From IMG/VR virus record IMGVR_UViG_3300025132_000023, positions 32,168 through 96,167 of that record: DNA of 64,000 nucleotides. One strand, written 5' to 3'. Below, one piece after another: positions 30,218 through 41,024 of the stretch. Position numbers and translations under genes: made by a program. Each line of letters opens with the position of its first letter. The stretch's first letter is position 1. The notes beneath the pieces are model-generated. The model made no database searches and was not told where the DNA came from. It saw nothing but the letters and a program-made list of their open reading frames with translations. The DNA is from a virus.

Positions 30218-30374
30218 TTCGGGGTAGGGGGGTGGAAAAACGATAAAAATAGAAAGATGCTAGAAGTGGGCATATAGTATTATCTTTACGGGAATTTGTG
30301 ATGATATTATGTTTCTATCGAAGGTGGAAAGATGGGAGAAAGATGACGAGAGCAAAGTTTTAACAGGTGACAAA

Positions 30375-30980
30375 ATGAGAACAAGTTGGACAAAAGCAGA
30401 CATTAAGAAGTTGGTTCGGTTATGGAATAAAGGAACCAAGATAAAGGATATTCATAAAGAGTTTCCTAATAGAACCACAGGTTCAGTAACTAATAAGATT
30501 TATTCGTTACAACGAAGTGGTGAATTGGAGAGCCGTCATAAAGATGGCAAGAATCCACCAAAGAAAACAAAGGCTACTATTGGAGGAAGACCTTTGGATG
30601 ACAAACATTACCCGTGGGAAGAAAAGGTTCCTTATGGGAAATACCCTAAAGGATGGAAGAATCCTTGGGGTAAAACCACAGAGAATTTACAGAAGATGGC
30701 ACAGGATTCAAAAAAGTGGGGCGAATCTGGGACAGCAATCGTATCCATGATTGAAGAAATCAAGGAATTTTTGCTAACCAAGAATACGCAGTATGGAGAT
30801 AGTGCGCTAAATCCAATACGAATTTTCTCAAAGGCGGATAAATCAGAACAACTTAAAGTCAGAATAGACGATAAGTTAAATAGACTCATGCAAGGTAACG
30901 CATCACTAGAGTCTGATGAAGACGTTATTAAGGATTTAATAGGATATTTAATTCTATTACTAATCCATTTACGAGAATAA
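30375..30980 (+). CDS. Myb/GcrA-like HTH fused to a DUF1599/Nmad1-like (MazG-superfamily) domain
   Basis: WTKADIKKLVRLW...RTTGSVTNK; KNTQYGDS...RIDDKLNRL...DLIGY; GGTGA RBS before 30375. Confidence 0.6.
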   Translation: MRTSWTKADIKKLVRLWNKGTKIKDIHKEFPNRTTGSVTNKIYSLQRSGELESRHKDGKNPPKKTKATIGGRPLDDKHYPWEEKVPYGKYPKGWKNPWGKTTENLQKMAQDSKKWGESGTAIVSMIEEIKEFLLTKNTQYGDSALNPIRIFSKADKSEQLKVRIDDKLNRLMQGNASLESDEDVIKDLIGYLILLLIHLRE

Positions 30981-31553
30981 AACTACCTCTGAACCAATAG
31001 GTCAGAAGATATTTAGTAGGTTTGCAAAGTAATAACCATGAAGTTTTTACCTCCATAAAAGCATAGTATAGTTCGTTTACTAATGGTTTCCCTACACAAC
31101 AAATTCCAAGGCATGAGAATATTAAGAATGGTATATGCCCCGTTGATTGAAACAGTATTCTAAGAGAGAGTATTTTGAACTTGAAGATTTACTGGACTGA
31201 AGCAAGCCACTTAATAAAACCTGCCGAGACTAGGGGCAAAACAGTTTCAAGACTGTAAGCGGATTATACCGCACAAACAAATAAATAAAGGAACTCAATT
31301 CTCGCGAGTTGTTTTAGTGGTTTTACTACAAGTAATAAAAGAAGAACAAAAGTCCATGCTGGGACGTTTCATTGATTCGGTGTAGTTGTTCGTTACTTCT
31401 TTTTTCCACGACCCTTTTTAGATTCCTTTTCGGAATAAGGTTTGATAAATAAAAAGAACAAACTCTGCTAGATAACATCATGGTTATTGCGATTAACCTG
31501 TTCTTCCTTACTCCGTTAGTTTCAAACTCTAGGAGTATTTAAACTCCGTAAAA

Positions 31554-31640
31554 TGCGGGATTCCCAAGTATGGTCAAAGGGGCCGGACTTAAGATTCGGT
31601 GCGTAGTGCTTCGGGGGTTCAAATCCCCCTCCCGCAACCA
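31554..31640 (+). tRNA. tRNA-Leu(TAA) with encoded CCA
   Basis: Acceptor stem TGCGGGA/TCCCGCA, anticodon arm CCGGA-CTTAAGA-TTCGG, long variable arm, GTTCAAATC T-loop, ACCA end. Confidence 0.92.
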
Positions 31641-31658
31641 AAATTAAAAGTGATTATT

Positions 31659-32150
31659 ATGAATATATTTATATTAGATAAAGACCCAAAGATGAGTGCA
31701 AAGATGATGGTAGATAAACACATAGTTAAGATGCCATTAGAAAGTATGCAAATGATTTCAACTTGCCTACGATTACGAGGTTTTGATGCCCCGTATCGTA
31801 GTGCTTTTATGTATCATCCTTGCACTATATGGGCAAGAGAATCAAGTCAAAACATGGCTTGGTTAGTAGAACATTTCAAGGCATTATGTGAAGAATATAC
31901 CTTACGATATGGTAAGACTCACAAGTGCGAGATTGTATTTAGTCAGTATGCTTCAGAAGTAAATGAATTAATTGACTATTTACCTGACAAAGGTTTAACA
32001 CCCTTTGTTCAAGCAATGCCCGAACCATATCAAAATAATGATGTAGTTAAGGCATATAGAACATATTATGTAAATGGCAAGAACCATATTGCAGATTGGA
32101 AGACAGAGATACCGGAGTGGTGGAATAATGAAGTGTATAAAATGTGTTAA
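31659..32150 (+). CDS. Pyrimidine-dimer DNA glycosylase-like (DenV/Pyr_excise family) protein
   Basis: MNIFILD...DKHIVKMPLESMQM...HPCTIWAR...EYTLRYGKTH pattern. Confidence 0.8.
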   Translation: MNIFILDKDPKMSAKMMVDKHIVKMPLESMQMISTCLRLRGFDAPYRSAFMYHPCTIWARESSQNMAWLVEHFKALCEEYTLRYGKTHKCEIVFSQYASEVNELIDYLPDKGLTPFVQAMPEPYQNNDVVKAYRTYYVNGKNHIADWKTEIPEWWNNEVYKMC

Positions 32151-32278
32151 CGGAGTAATTATGAAACAGATTCGATTGGCGGAATTTGTTCCAGAAGAAT
32201 GTGATTGTGTAATTAAGGGATGGTTTAAGTCCCTCAAGCGCAATCCTTATAGCCAAAACAAAACAGGAGAGAAATGAT

Positions 32279-32674
32279 ATGAGTAGTTGGAAGAAGACTA
32301 ATAAGACGGTGTGTCGAGTGCATTACTCGATGGATAAATATAGAGAGACAGAAGAAAGCACAAGTGTTAAGACTGTAGAAGGAGAGATGGTTTATGTTAA
32401 TATGCCATTTGCTTCTACGTTTGTTAACATCGAAGATAGTGATGGTAAGATGACCAGTATATCAAGAGATTGTATTCTCAAGGTAGACTGGCTTAAGTTG
32501 CCAAAGTGGGCTTTACTCACAGAAGGACAAGTTGTTGATTCTGCTGAGATGAGACTCAAGAATCTTGATAGAGAAATTACTGAGGAAAAGAAGAGATTTA
32601 ACTCACAAGAGAACTTAGATAAGATGTTAGATTCACATGATGAAGAATCTAAGAAGAGTATGGAGTCAGTCTAA
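32279..32674 (+). CDS. Hypothetical protein
   Basis: ORF on the coding strand. Confidence 0.7.
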   Translation: MSSWKKTNKTVCRVHYSMDKYRETEESTSVKTVEGEMVYVNMPFASTFVNIEDSDGKMTSISRDCILKVDWLKLPKWALLTEGQVVDSAEMRLKNLDREITEEKKRFNSQENLDKMLDSHDEESKKSMESV

Positions 32675-32914
32675 TGTCAATAGACAAGGCTCTAAAAAGA
32701 TATGGCAAAAAGCCTAGACTAATAGATTTTCTACTAGCAGGTAGTGAATCAACACACGGAGATGATTAAATGATAGAAATAAGAACAGATTGGATAAACG
32801 ATATTGAATACGCTTGGAGTGATTTTAGCACAGTAATAGCAATTTACATGGTAGCCCTATGTATTGTGCCTGCTGTTTATATTTACTACAAGCAAGATGT
32901 AATGGAGTGGTAAT

Positions 32915-33184
32915 GTGAGAATGGAACCTACTGAAAAGCCACAAAGAGAAATAGAATTTAAGTTAGTAAACGATGAGGAAATGCCTCCAATTATTATTAC
33001 AATGGATGAGAACGATATGCCAAAGGTTGTTATAAATAGAAACCATGCAATATGGTTGAGTTTGTATCGTAAGACTATTGGTGGTTGTGCAGAAGCATTG
33101 TATAGTAAGATAGATGATTTACTACACTCCCATCTTTCAGAACAGAGAATGTATGAAAAGATGGATAATGACATGGGGGCATAA
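32915..33184 (+). CDS. Hypothetical protein
   Basis: ORF on the coding strand. Confidence 0.65.
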   Translation: MRMEPTEKPQREIEFKLVNDEEMPPIIITMDENDMPKVVINRNHAIWLSLYRKTIGGCAEALYSKIDDLLHSHLSEQRMYEKMDNDMGA

Positions 33185-33293
33185 GCATGACCGGCATCAT
33201 CCAAGTCAGATGCGAAACCTGTGATGAATGGGTCGCAAAAGGCCAAAGATGGTGTAAGTCCTGTATAGAAAAACAAATAGAAGAGGAATAAAA

Positions 33294-33587
33294 ATGGAAG
33301 AACAATTAAAACAATATATAGATAACTTGTATTCTAGTGAAGCAGGAAGTCACGATAAGCCCGGAAATAGATGTATGTGTAATCCACTTGCAGGTCTTTT
33401 ATCAGAAGAATCTTGGGGATTATATGGCCCTAATGTTACTGAAGAGGATATTAATGTTAGAGAATTTATTATCAAATTGCTTTATGTTGCTCAAGAATCT
33501 GGGTCAGCATCAGCAATGGATTATACTATTCGCCAATTGGCACAAGAAACAAGTATCTATAACTTTCAAAAGGAGGAAGAAGAATGA
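33294..33587 (+). CDS. Hypothetical protein
   Basis: ORF with RBS. Confidence 0.7.
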   Translation: MEEQLKQYIDNLYSSEAGSHDKPGNRCMCNPLAGLLSEESWGLYGPNVTEEDINVREFIIKLLYVAQESGSASAMDYTIRQLAQETSIYNFQKEEEE

Positions 33588-33869
33588 CAAAATTTAAGAC
33601 AAGAAACGGAATGACAACATTTAATAAAGAATGCATATGTGCATATACTGTGTATGTGAATGACCAGAACCAGCGATTGGTTGACGTTCACATCAATGGA
33701 GGGTCAATATTTACAATATTGGCTGGTTCAACAAAAGACTTTCTATCGTGGGTGGAAGCGTAATGGCTAAACATTATTGCACTACTTGTGGATTTGGAAT
33801 ACCGCAAGGTTCAATTCACAAGCAGCATCCTTGCGCCCATTGTAGAAAGAAAACAAAAGGAGTGATTGA

Positions 33870-34178
33870 ATGAAGAGAAAGTTTGTAGTTTTCTCTACTG
33901 AGAGTTGTGCGCCTTGTCGCCAACTGTTTAATTACTGTCAAGAAAATGGAAAGCATTGGGATTTTATTTATCCCGGTGGAAATGAGTTGTTGTTTAATAC
34001 CATGCGTATTTCAACTTCTCCCACATTGACAGAAGTAAAGAATGGTGAACATACTGTTCTAGCAGTTGGATTGGGCGATATTTACAAGATGATGGCAGCA
34101 GGTCTATTAGAAGATTGGCCTACTGAAATTGACTTGGATAAAAGAGAAGCAACTCCGGTGGTGAAAGAAGATGAGTAG
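33870..34178 (+). CDS. Thioredoxin/glutaredoxin-like protein
   Basis: FSTESCAPC redox motif; later SPT cis-Pro-like segment. Confidence 0.75.
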   Translation: MKRKFVVFSTESCAPCRQLFNYCQENGKHWDFIYPGGNELLFNTMRISTSPTLTEVKNGEHTVLAVGLGDIYKMMAAGLLEDWPTEIDLDKREATPVVKEDE

Positions 34179-34531
34179 TGGCAAAGTTAGTTTTATACTA
34201 GACGGTGAACGTGTAGTTTCTATGCCACTAGAAGAATACCATGCAATGGTATCTGAATTAATGAAACTAAGAGTTAGAGTAAAACAACTGGAGGCAGGAT
34301 TATGAGTAAATTAAGAGTATGTAGAATTTGTGGATTAGATGAAACCGTTGGCGGAGAATGGTGTGATAAATATAACCCCATATATTTTCGTGAGAAAGTA
34401 TATTACGCCAAGGATTCTTCATTAGAAGGACATGGTATATGTCTGAAGATGGCACACAATGCAAGACATAAGAAAAACACAATATTATCAAAAGTAAATG
34501 ATAGAACCTATGTATGGGTAAATAAGGATGA

Positions 34532-35704
34532 ATGAATATGGATATTAAACCAAGAAGAAGTTTAAAGAACGGTAGATGGGATAGAAGACTGAAAGAACGC
34601 ATGGTTGCGCTAAGTAACGCAGACAACTATGATGATGCAAAACATGAGTGGATTGCCACCGGAAATGTATGGTGGAATGAAATTGGTAATTATGAACAGT
34701 TACCAGATTATGTTGCAGTTCACCCAGACAAATGCCTATGTGGACATGACATTGTATATCACTTTGAAATCCATAATACTGAGACTGATGTTAGAGAATG
34801 TGTTGGTTCAGACCACATTAATTCGTATCTAATTCTACGAGCAATTCGTGAAGAAACAGGATTAGAAGATGACTATATTACTGATGAAATGATTGAAGAG
34901 TGGATTCAAGTAAGAGTTACTACATTGAAAAAGAACGCTTGGTGGAAGATGCATGGTGAACAGTTTACTGAAATGTTTGATGCAGTAAAAGACATTGACC
35001 TTAGAGTTAATGTTAGAAAGAGTGGTAAGAAATACTATGACTCTACTTTGAGAATGTATAGAGATAAAACTCTAGTGCGTAAGAGAAGTGAAGGAACGTT
35101 TGGAACGCCACGTTATCAAATGGCATCAATAGTATGGCGGTGGAATCACCCCGACAATAAAAAGGCTCAAATCAACACAAAGGGTTGGCCTAACAAGAAA
35201 CTGTATAATGATTTAATGATGTTTTATTTCACGCTTGAAAAAGCAAACGCAATTATCAAAAAAGAAGATGATTTTGTGATAGCGAGAATGGCAGAAATTA
35301 AAAAACATGATGAAATCCAAGAGAACCGACTTGTGGCGGCAAAAGAACGCCGTGAAAGAGTGGTCGCTACAGTAGAAGACATGACACATCAGCCTAAATT
35401 TTTAGAGATGTGCGAATATTATGGACTAGAACCTTTCGTTCCTGAACAAGGAAAAGACAATTGGGAAGAAAGATTCTTAAATGATATTAAACACCGGATG
35501 ATAAAGGGGAACCCACTAACAGATAAGCAATTAACTAAACTGTGGGAAATCCTAGATTCAGACACAAGAGAAGCAGTACCTGCAACTCAAAAACAGAAGG
35601 ACTATTTGATTCGTTTAGGATTTGAAGGGGATATTGACGACATTAGCAAGTCCGATGCAAGCGAACAAATAAATAGAATAAAACAAGAGAGATGGAACAC
35701 ATGA
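34532..35704 (+). CDS. Hypothetical metal-binding protein (390 aa)
   Basis: CLCGH...CVGSDH; C-terminal PATQKQKDYL motif. Confidence 0.75.
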   Translation: MNMDIKPRRSLKNGRWDRRLKERMVALSNADNYDDAKHEWIATGNVWWNEIGNYEQLPDYVAVHPDKCLCGHDIVYHFEIHNTETDVRECVGSDHINSYLILRAIREETGLEDDYITDEMIEEWIQVRVTTLKKNAWWKMHGEQFTEMFDAVKDIDLRVNVRKSGKKYYDSTLRMYRDKTLVRKRSEGTFGTPRYQMASIVWRWNHPDNKKAQINTKGWPNKKLYNDLMMFYFTLEKANAIIKKEDDFVIARMAEIKKHDEIQENRLVAAKERRERVVATVEDMTHQPKFLEMCEYYGLEPFVPEQGKDNWEERFLNDIKHRMIKGNPLTDKQLTKLWEILDSDTREAVPATQKQKDYLIRLGFEGDIDDISKSDASEQINRIKQERWNT

Positions 35705-35898
35705 GTGACAAAAAGATAACTAAGGCTGACTTAGAGAAGGAGTTAGAGGAAACTACTGACCAGTTGCAAAAGGTAAGCGGTGCTTATCAGCAACTTCTAG
35801 TAGCAAATCAGAACCTGAATCTATTAGTTAGCAAATATGAAGAAACCATCAATCTGCTTACCGCGAGAATTTTAGAATCTCGCCAACAGCAAGGTTGA
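35692..35898 (+). CDS. Small coiled-coil protein
   Basis: Heptad leucine pattern. Confidence 0.65.
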   Translation: MEHMSDKKITKADLEKELEETTDQLQKVSGAYQQLLVANQNLNLLVSKYEETINLLTARILESRQQQG

Positions 35899-35955
35899 TA
35901 AGCCCTGTCGGGTAGGGAAACCTACCGACATGGGACAATAAATGAGGCGATAAAT

Positions 35956-36156
35956 ATGATATTGACTATAATGAACGATACTGGACATACCACCTTAGAA
36001 GTTACTGCTTCTGAGGTAATAGACCAAATTAACGACCACCCTACCCATTGGGTTTTTATTGATGGGGAAATCACATCGAGAGAGATGATTTCGGAAGTTA
36101 ATTGGGATAGTGTTGAGGATGTTTCCTTAACACAGGCTATTGTTGGCGGCTTCTAA
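35956..36156 (+). CDS. Ubiquitin-like (beta-grasp, ThiS/SAMP-like) protein precursor ending GG-F
   Basis: 66 aa; WVFIDGE...DVSLTQAIVGGF resembles ThiS/MoaD C-termini. Confidence 0.75.
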   Translation: MILTIMNDTGHTTLEVTASEVIDQINDHPTHWVFIDGEITSREMISEVNWDSVEDVSLTQAIVGGF

Positions 36157-36230
36157 GCCCCTTCAATACGCCTAAAATTTTAGAAGATTACTGAGCGCAG
36201 CCCCTTCGCGCTCGGTTTTCTTCGCCCTTA

Positions 36231-36632
36231 ATGGAGGTTAAGAACTTGATTGAAAATGATAATTTTAATTTTGTAACTGATTCACATTTTCCAAAGATAA
36301 TGGAAATATTTGGATGGTCTTTGAAGGAATATAAGACATATAACAATCTTGCAGTTGTAAGAGCAGACTTCTATCCTGTTGGATATGTATTAGGCTTTAG
36401 TAAGAAAGCAGTAATAGTATGTGATGGGGAGATGTTGATTACTTACAAAGGTAAAGAGTATAATGACTTTTCACAATTATATGAAGAATATGGGGATGGA
36501 GCATATGAAACATTTCCAGAATGGGACATAAAAATTGTGAAAGAATGGCTCATTAAAGGGCTGAACGGAGAATGGGTTTTCGCATTCTCAAACTTGGCAG
36601 AAATGCCTTATAGAACACAGGTGAAGTGCTAA
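36231..36632 (+). CDS. Hypothetical protein
   Basis: ORF upstream of RNR. Confidence 0.7.
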   Translation: MEVKNLIENDNFNFVTDSHFPKIMEIFGWSLKEYKTYNNLAVVRADFYPVGYVLGFSKKAVIVCDGEMLITYKGKEYNDFSQLYEEYGDGAYETFPEWDIKIVKEWLIKGLNGEWVFAFSNLAEMPYRTQVKC

Positions 36633-38503
36633 TGACAGAAGAAACAGCAGGACAGATAATGAGTAACGTTACGCATTACTTAAAGTATGCGAAATATAAA
36701 CACGATGAGCAAAAGAAGGAAACATGGGAAGAAACGGTAAATAGAAACCGTGATATGCATTTAAAGAATTTTGGGCATTTAGGCCCAGAAGTATATGAGG
36801 GTATTAATAACATATATGATAACTTTGTAATGACAAAGAAGATTCTACCTTCAATGCGCTCATTCCAATATGCAGGTAAGCCAATTGAAATTGCTCCAAA
36901 TAGCATTTATAATTGTGCATATTTGCCTATTGATGACATGGCTTGTTTCCATGAAATATTCTTTTTATTATTGAATGGAACAGGCGTAGGATATTCGGTG
37001 CAACGACACCACGTTGTCAAACTACCGGAGATTCGTAAACCAAATCCAGCAAGAAGTAGAAAGATTGTAATACAGGATTCTATTGTTGGATGGGCAGACG
37101 CTATTAAGGAACTATTTCGTTCCTATACAGGCGAACTGACACAAAAGCCTAGATTTATCTATGATGATATTAGACCCAAAGGAACTCCTTTGAAGACTAG
37201 AGGCGGTAAAGCACCCGGCCCCGAACCTTTGAGAGAATGTCTAGTTATTATAGAGAATATGCTTACACAGATGGAAGATGGTTCTTATCTATCTCCACTA
37301 CAATGCCATGATATAATTTGTCATATGGCAAACGCAGTAACTGCGGGTGGAAATAGACGAGCAGCATTAATCTCTTTATTTAGTGCAAACGATGAAGAGA
37401 TGAAAACGTGCAAGTCTGGGCATTGGTGGGATGGTAACTCTCAAAGAATGAGAGCAAACAATTCTGCCGTTATTCTAAGAAGCAAGGTAACTAAAGATTA
37501 CTTTAATTCCTTGTGGAAGAATATTGAGGAATCCGGTTCAGGAGAACCCGGAATCTATTTCACGCATGATAAGGATTGGGGAACTAATCCTTGTTGTGAA
37601 ATAGCATTGCGTCCTTATCAGTTCTGTAACTTAACAGAAGTAAATGCCTCTACAATAGAGGATGATAAGGATTTGTATGAAAGAGTAGAAGCCGCAACTA
37701 TACTTGGAACATTGCAAGCAACATATACTGACTTCTATTATCTGCGTGATATATGGAAGACAACAACTGAAAGAGATGCCCTTCTAGGTGTATCAATGAC
37801 AGGAATTGCTTCACAGAAGACAGACATATTAGATGTAACAGGTGCGGCACTTCATGCTAAAGAAGTAAACAAGAAGTGGGCAGGGCTATTAGATATTAAC
37901 CCTGCTTCAAGAATTACTTGTGTTAAACCATCGGGAACATCTTCGATGATATTAGGAACGTCAAGCGGTATTCACGCTTGGCACGCTGATTACTATATTA
38001 GAAGAATTAGAATCGGTAAAGACGAAGCAATCTACAAGTATCTGTATGAGAACCATCCAGAGTTAGTAGTAGATGAAATCGGTAACACAAGCGGTGCAAT
38101 AATTGAGATACCTCAAAAAGCACCAGAGGGAGCCTTAACAGGACAAAAAGAAGACGCTTTTGGTTTCCTTGAAAGAGTGAAGAACATGACTATTAGATGG
38201 GTTAACCCCGGACATAGTGATGGTCAAAACACTCACAATATCTCAGCGACTGTATATATTAATGACGGTCAATGGGATGAAGTTGGCGAATGGATGTGGT
38301 TAAACAGACATTATTATAATGGATTGTCTTGTTATCCAGAGATGGCAGTTTATACCCAAGCACCATTTGAAGCGTGCGATAAAGAAACTTACTTGAAGAT
38401 GTTAGTTCCATTGAGAGAAATTGATTTGACTAACATTGTGGAGTTTGAAGATAGCACCGATTTTAGTGACCCCGCTTGCGGTGGTGGCGGCTGTGACATA
38501 TAG
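36626..38503 (+). CDS. nrdJ: Class II (adenosylcobalamin-dependent) ribonucleotide reductase
   Basis: YNC, GTGVG, AGGNRRAA, TNPCCEI, CNLTE, KPSGTSS; C-terminal CGGGGC. Confidence 0.92.
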   Translation: MLMTEETAGQIMSNVTHYLKYAKYKHDEQKKETWEETVNRNRDMHLKNFGHLGPEVYEGINNIYDNFVMTKKILPSMRSFQYAGKPIEIAPNSIYNCAYLPIDDMACFHEIFFLLLNGTGVGYSVQRHHVVKLPEIRKPNPARSRKIVIQDSIVGWADAIKELFRSYTGELTQKPRFIYDDIRPKGTPLKTRGGKAPGPEPLRECLVIIENMLTQMEDGSYLSPLQCHDIICHMANAVTAGGNRRAALISLFSANDEEMKTCKSGHWWDGNSQRMRANNSAVILRSKVTKDYFNSLWKNIEESGSGEPGIYFTHDKDWGTNPCCEIALRPYQFCNLTEVNASTIEDDKDLYERVEAATILGTLQATYTDFYYLRDIWKTTTERDALLGVSMTGIASQKTDILDVTGAALHAKEVNKKWAGLLDINPASRITCVKPSGTSSMILGTSSGIHAWHADYYIRRIRIGKDEAIYKYLYENHPELVVDEIGNTSGAIIEIPQKAPEGALTGQKEDAFGFLERVKNMTIRWVNPGHSDGQNTHNISATVYINDGQWDEVGEWMWLNRHYYNGLSCYPEMAVYTQAPFEACDKETYLKMLVPLREIDLTNIVEFEDSTDFSDPACGGGGCDI

Positions 38504-39679
38504 TTATCACACCGTAAGAAATTTAAAAATCCTTAAGACAATTTGGCCTCTAATGCTAGAACAAGCAGAAAAAGAAATAGAAATACCAACTTCGACATAT
38601 GTTGGACACTATCGTGACGAATATATGTATAATAGCAAAGAGTCAGCACTAAAGGCTCTAACTAGATATTATGAGGACACAATTGTTGAACTAGAAACGA
38701 TTAAAAGTTTCATGAACTATGCGCGGAGACTTTTTATAGTATCGGGTATAGTAGGTAGTGATAGAGAGTATAATAAGTTAATCAAATTATACTACGATAT
38801 TGGAATGTATATAGAAGTGAATAAAAATGATGATTTGTAAATGTGGAAATAATAATTTTGAATTAATGATGAATGCCAAACTGCAATGCCAAAGTTGCGG
38901 TAAATATTGGAACCCCTTCTCTGCTCAAGAGCATAAGGTAATGGAGAAGGACGGGTTTCATTTCTTCTGGGTAGTAATGCGAAGCCATTTCTTAGATAGA
39001 TGGGATATTCAATTGCCCGACTTAGAAGAAGAAGAACTGTTAAAAGACTGTGTAGCGTTGAAGAACGTTAGTAAGCAAAACAAGGCTTACTTTACCCCAT
39101 ATCATGGGGGCCATCTTTTCTGGAAGTTTAAGTTTAACAAGCAAAAGAGAAGACTAGAATTAGAGTTAATAACAGTTACTTCAACTAAGGTAAAAGAGTT
39201 GAAGTATGAGAAGAACCCAAAGAAAATGGATATAAAATTTAAGTGATAAAATGGATGATAATGCAGTATTAGAATTATATGGTAAATTAAATAAAACTCA
39301 GATAATAAGTGGCTATAAAAAGTATCTTGAGGACAATAAGAGATTTCGTAAGAAGAACGATGGGTTTAAGGGATGTATCCCATCTACATTAGAAAGACCT
39401 AAGATTGGTGACACAGTATATTCTTGGAGACAATTCAAGAAACTGCCAAAGGCTTCTGTCATCGTTTACACCTTTAGCCAAGGGTGTGACGTAAAGTATT
39501 TGTCTAAGTTATTAGACAATGGTTTCTTTAGTAATAAGAAACATAAGCCACCGCAGAAGAAATTACCATCGCACTATCGTAAAAGAAGAAAGGTTCAAGT
39601 AATTGAAATGGGACGTTATGGTAAAACCGTATCCAAGTATTTTTGGCCGCACGAATTAAAGCAAAGAGAGGAAGAGTAA
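38436..39679 (+). other. Three hypothetical genes (38436-38840, 38827-39246 with Zn ribbon, 39251-39679)
   Basis: Packed ORFs on the coding strand. Confidence 0.65.
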
Positions 39680-39680
39680 A

Positions 39681-41024
39681 ATGTTAGATAAATATCAATA
39701 TACATATAATTGCACGTTCATAATAAATACGGCAGATGATAATCGTGATAACACGCAGATAACAGATGTTGATATTTATACTAGTTATCCTCTTTACCGC
39801 ACAAGAGTAGAAGGCCCGTCTTACCGAAAAGAAATCATGTGTCATTTGACTCGTTCAAACAAGAAAGGTGACCCTGTAATGCTAGGGATTGCAAACACTC
39901 TTGAGTCTACACTTAGATTGCAAACTAGCCGAGGAGGACGTTATGGGACTTCAGAAATGCCTGAGAATTTTAAGGTGGCTATTGTATTCCCTAACACAGT
40001 TACCGAATCAACCGGCGGGCCTATGATAATAAACATAGAGAAGAAGAACCCCTATTACTATCTAATGAATAACAGAGTGACTAAGAAGAACTGTTTACTC
40101 AATGTTGCTAGAACAATTTACCGTTCTTGTTTTGAAGAAGATTCATTGAAACTAATGGAGTATATGTTTAACATGATTGTGTTACCCGAAAACATCAAGT
40201 ATGTTTTGGAAAATAGAACCCCTTACTTCTTTATTAACGACCCTCTCAATAAAAAGGGACAACGTGAAAGAGTAGAGGTTAGATTAAACACAGAAATGAT
40301 TGGGCCAACAACCGCAGCGTTAGAAATCTCTGATGGTATTTGGGCCCCCATTGAAGTTAAAGACCTAGATGTGTTTATTAACTTTCATTATCATGGACAC
40401 CAGCGTTCTACTAAATGGATGCTAAGTCCTAAAGGACTATGGACTACTTTAATAGGTGAGAAACCTACTGAGTCACAAGAGCATTTAATGTATGAGTTTC
40501 TAACTCAAAACAGAACATCAGATTTGATTGAGGAAAGAGCAAAACAACTTATGCAAGATTTAGTGGATAAGTATCCAGAAAAAATTAAAATTGTTAAGTA
40601 TCAAAACAATCAAAAGAAATGGATTACTGCTATGTTAGTAAGAGGTAAGATGGCTGATTGGATTATCATAGATTCTGCATATAAGACGCAGATTCAAAAG
40701 GTAAAGACGTTCCTCTTTGTTCATAAGGATACTCTACTAACTGAGCCTGAACGAAGACATGGTATAACTGAAGTTAATAACTTTGATGCAGGTTTGTTAA
40801 GAGGCCCAATCTGTATTGATAACATTCATACTAACACTAGTCTAGGTGACCAATATGCTGCTAGAGCATTAGCACTACTAAATGATAATGTGACTATACA
40901 GTTAGTAAATACTATCCAAAGATATGTGCCTACAGCAGTATTGAATGGAGAAATGGAATCCCGATTTGACTTTGAAAACTTAACGGGTTCTGATATTAGA
41001 GATAGATTGGGGAATCAAATGTGA
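39681..41024 (+). CDS. 447-aa protein with putative C-terminal E2/UBC-like domain
   Basis: GPICIDNIH...ALALLND resembles the UBC active-site segment GxICLDIL...LLxD; E1 and JAB genes nearby. Confidence 0.45.
   Translation: MLDKYQYTYNCTFIINTADDNRDNTQITDVDIYTSYPLYRTRVEGPSYRKEIMCHLTRSNKKGDPVMLGIANTLESTLRLQTSRGGRYGTSEMPENFKVAIVFPNTVTESTGGPMIINIEKKNPYYYLMNNRVTKKNCLLNVARTIYRSCFEEDSLKLMEYMFNMIVLPENIKYVLENRTPYFFINDPLNKKGQRERVEVRLNTEMIGPTTAALEISDGIWAPIEVKDLDVFINFHYHGHQRSTKWMLSPKGLWTTLIGEKPTESQEHLMYEFLTQNRTSDLIEERAKQLMQDLVDKYPEKIKIVKYQNNQKKWITAMLVRGKMADWIIIDSAYKTQIQKVKTFLFVHKDTLLTEPERRHGITEVNNFDAGLLRGPICIDNIHTNTSLGDQYAARALALLNDNVTIQLVNTIQRYVPTAVLNGEMESRFDFENLTGSDIRDRLGNQM

Noticed and set aside
24883-30273. 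ORF-track entries 24883-25125, 25373-25717, 28108-28302, 28882-29100, 28936-29274, 29564-29794, 29745-29927, 30073-30273
   Set aside because: They cross palindromes, hairpins or microsatellites, or lie antisense to better genes; atypical composition and no RBS
31117-31153. Solitary CRISPR-repeat mimic ending GATTGAAAC
   Set aside because: Single short match with no second copy; expected by chance in AT-rich DNA
31599-31658. N-terminal extension of the glycosylase ORF
   Set aside because: Overlaps the tRNA; the family-typical start MNIF is at 31659
36626-38503. Intein in RNR (also checked terL and PolB)
   Set aside because: Lengths and motif spacing are normal; no C...HN-C/S/T junctions seen
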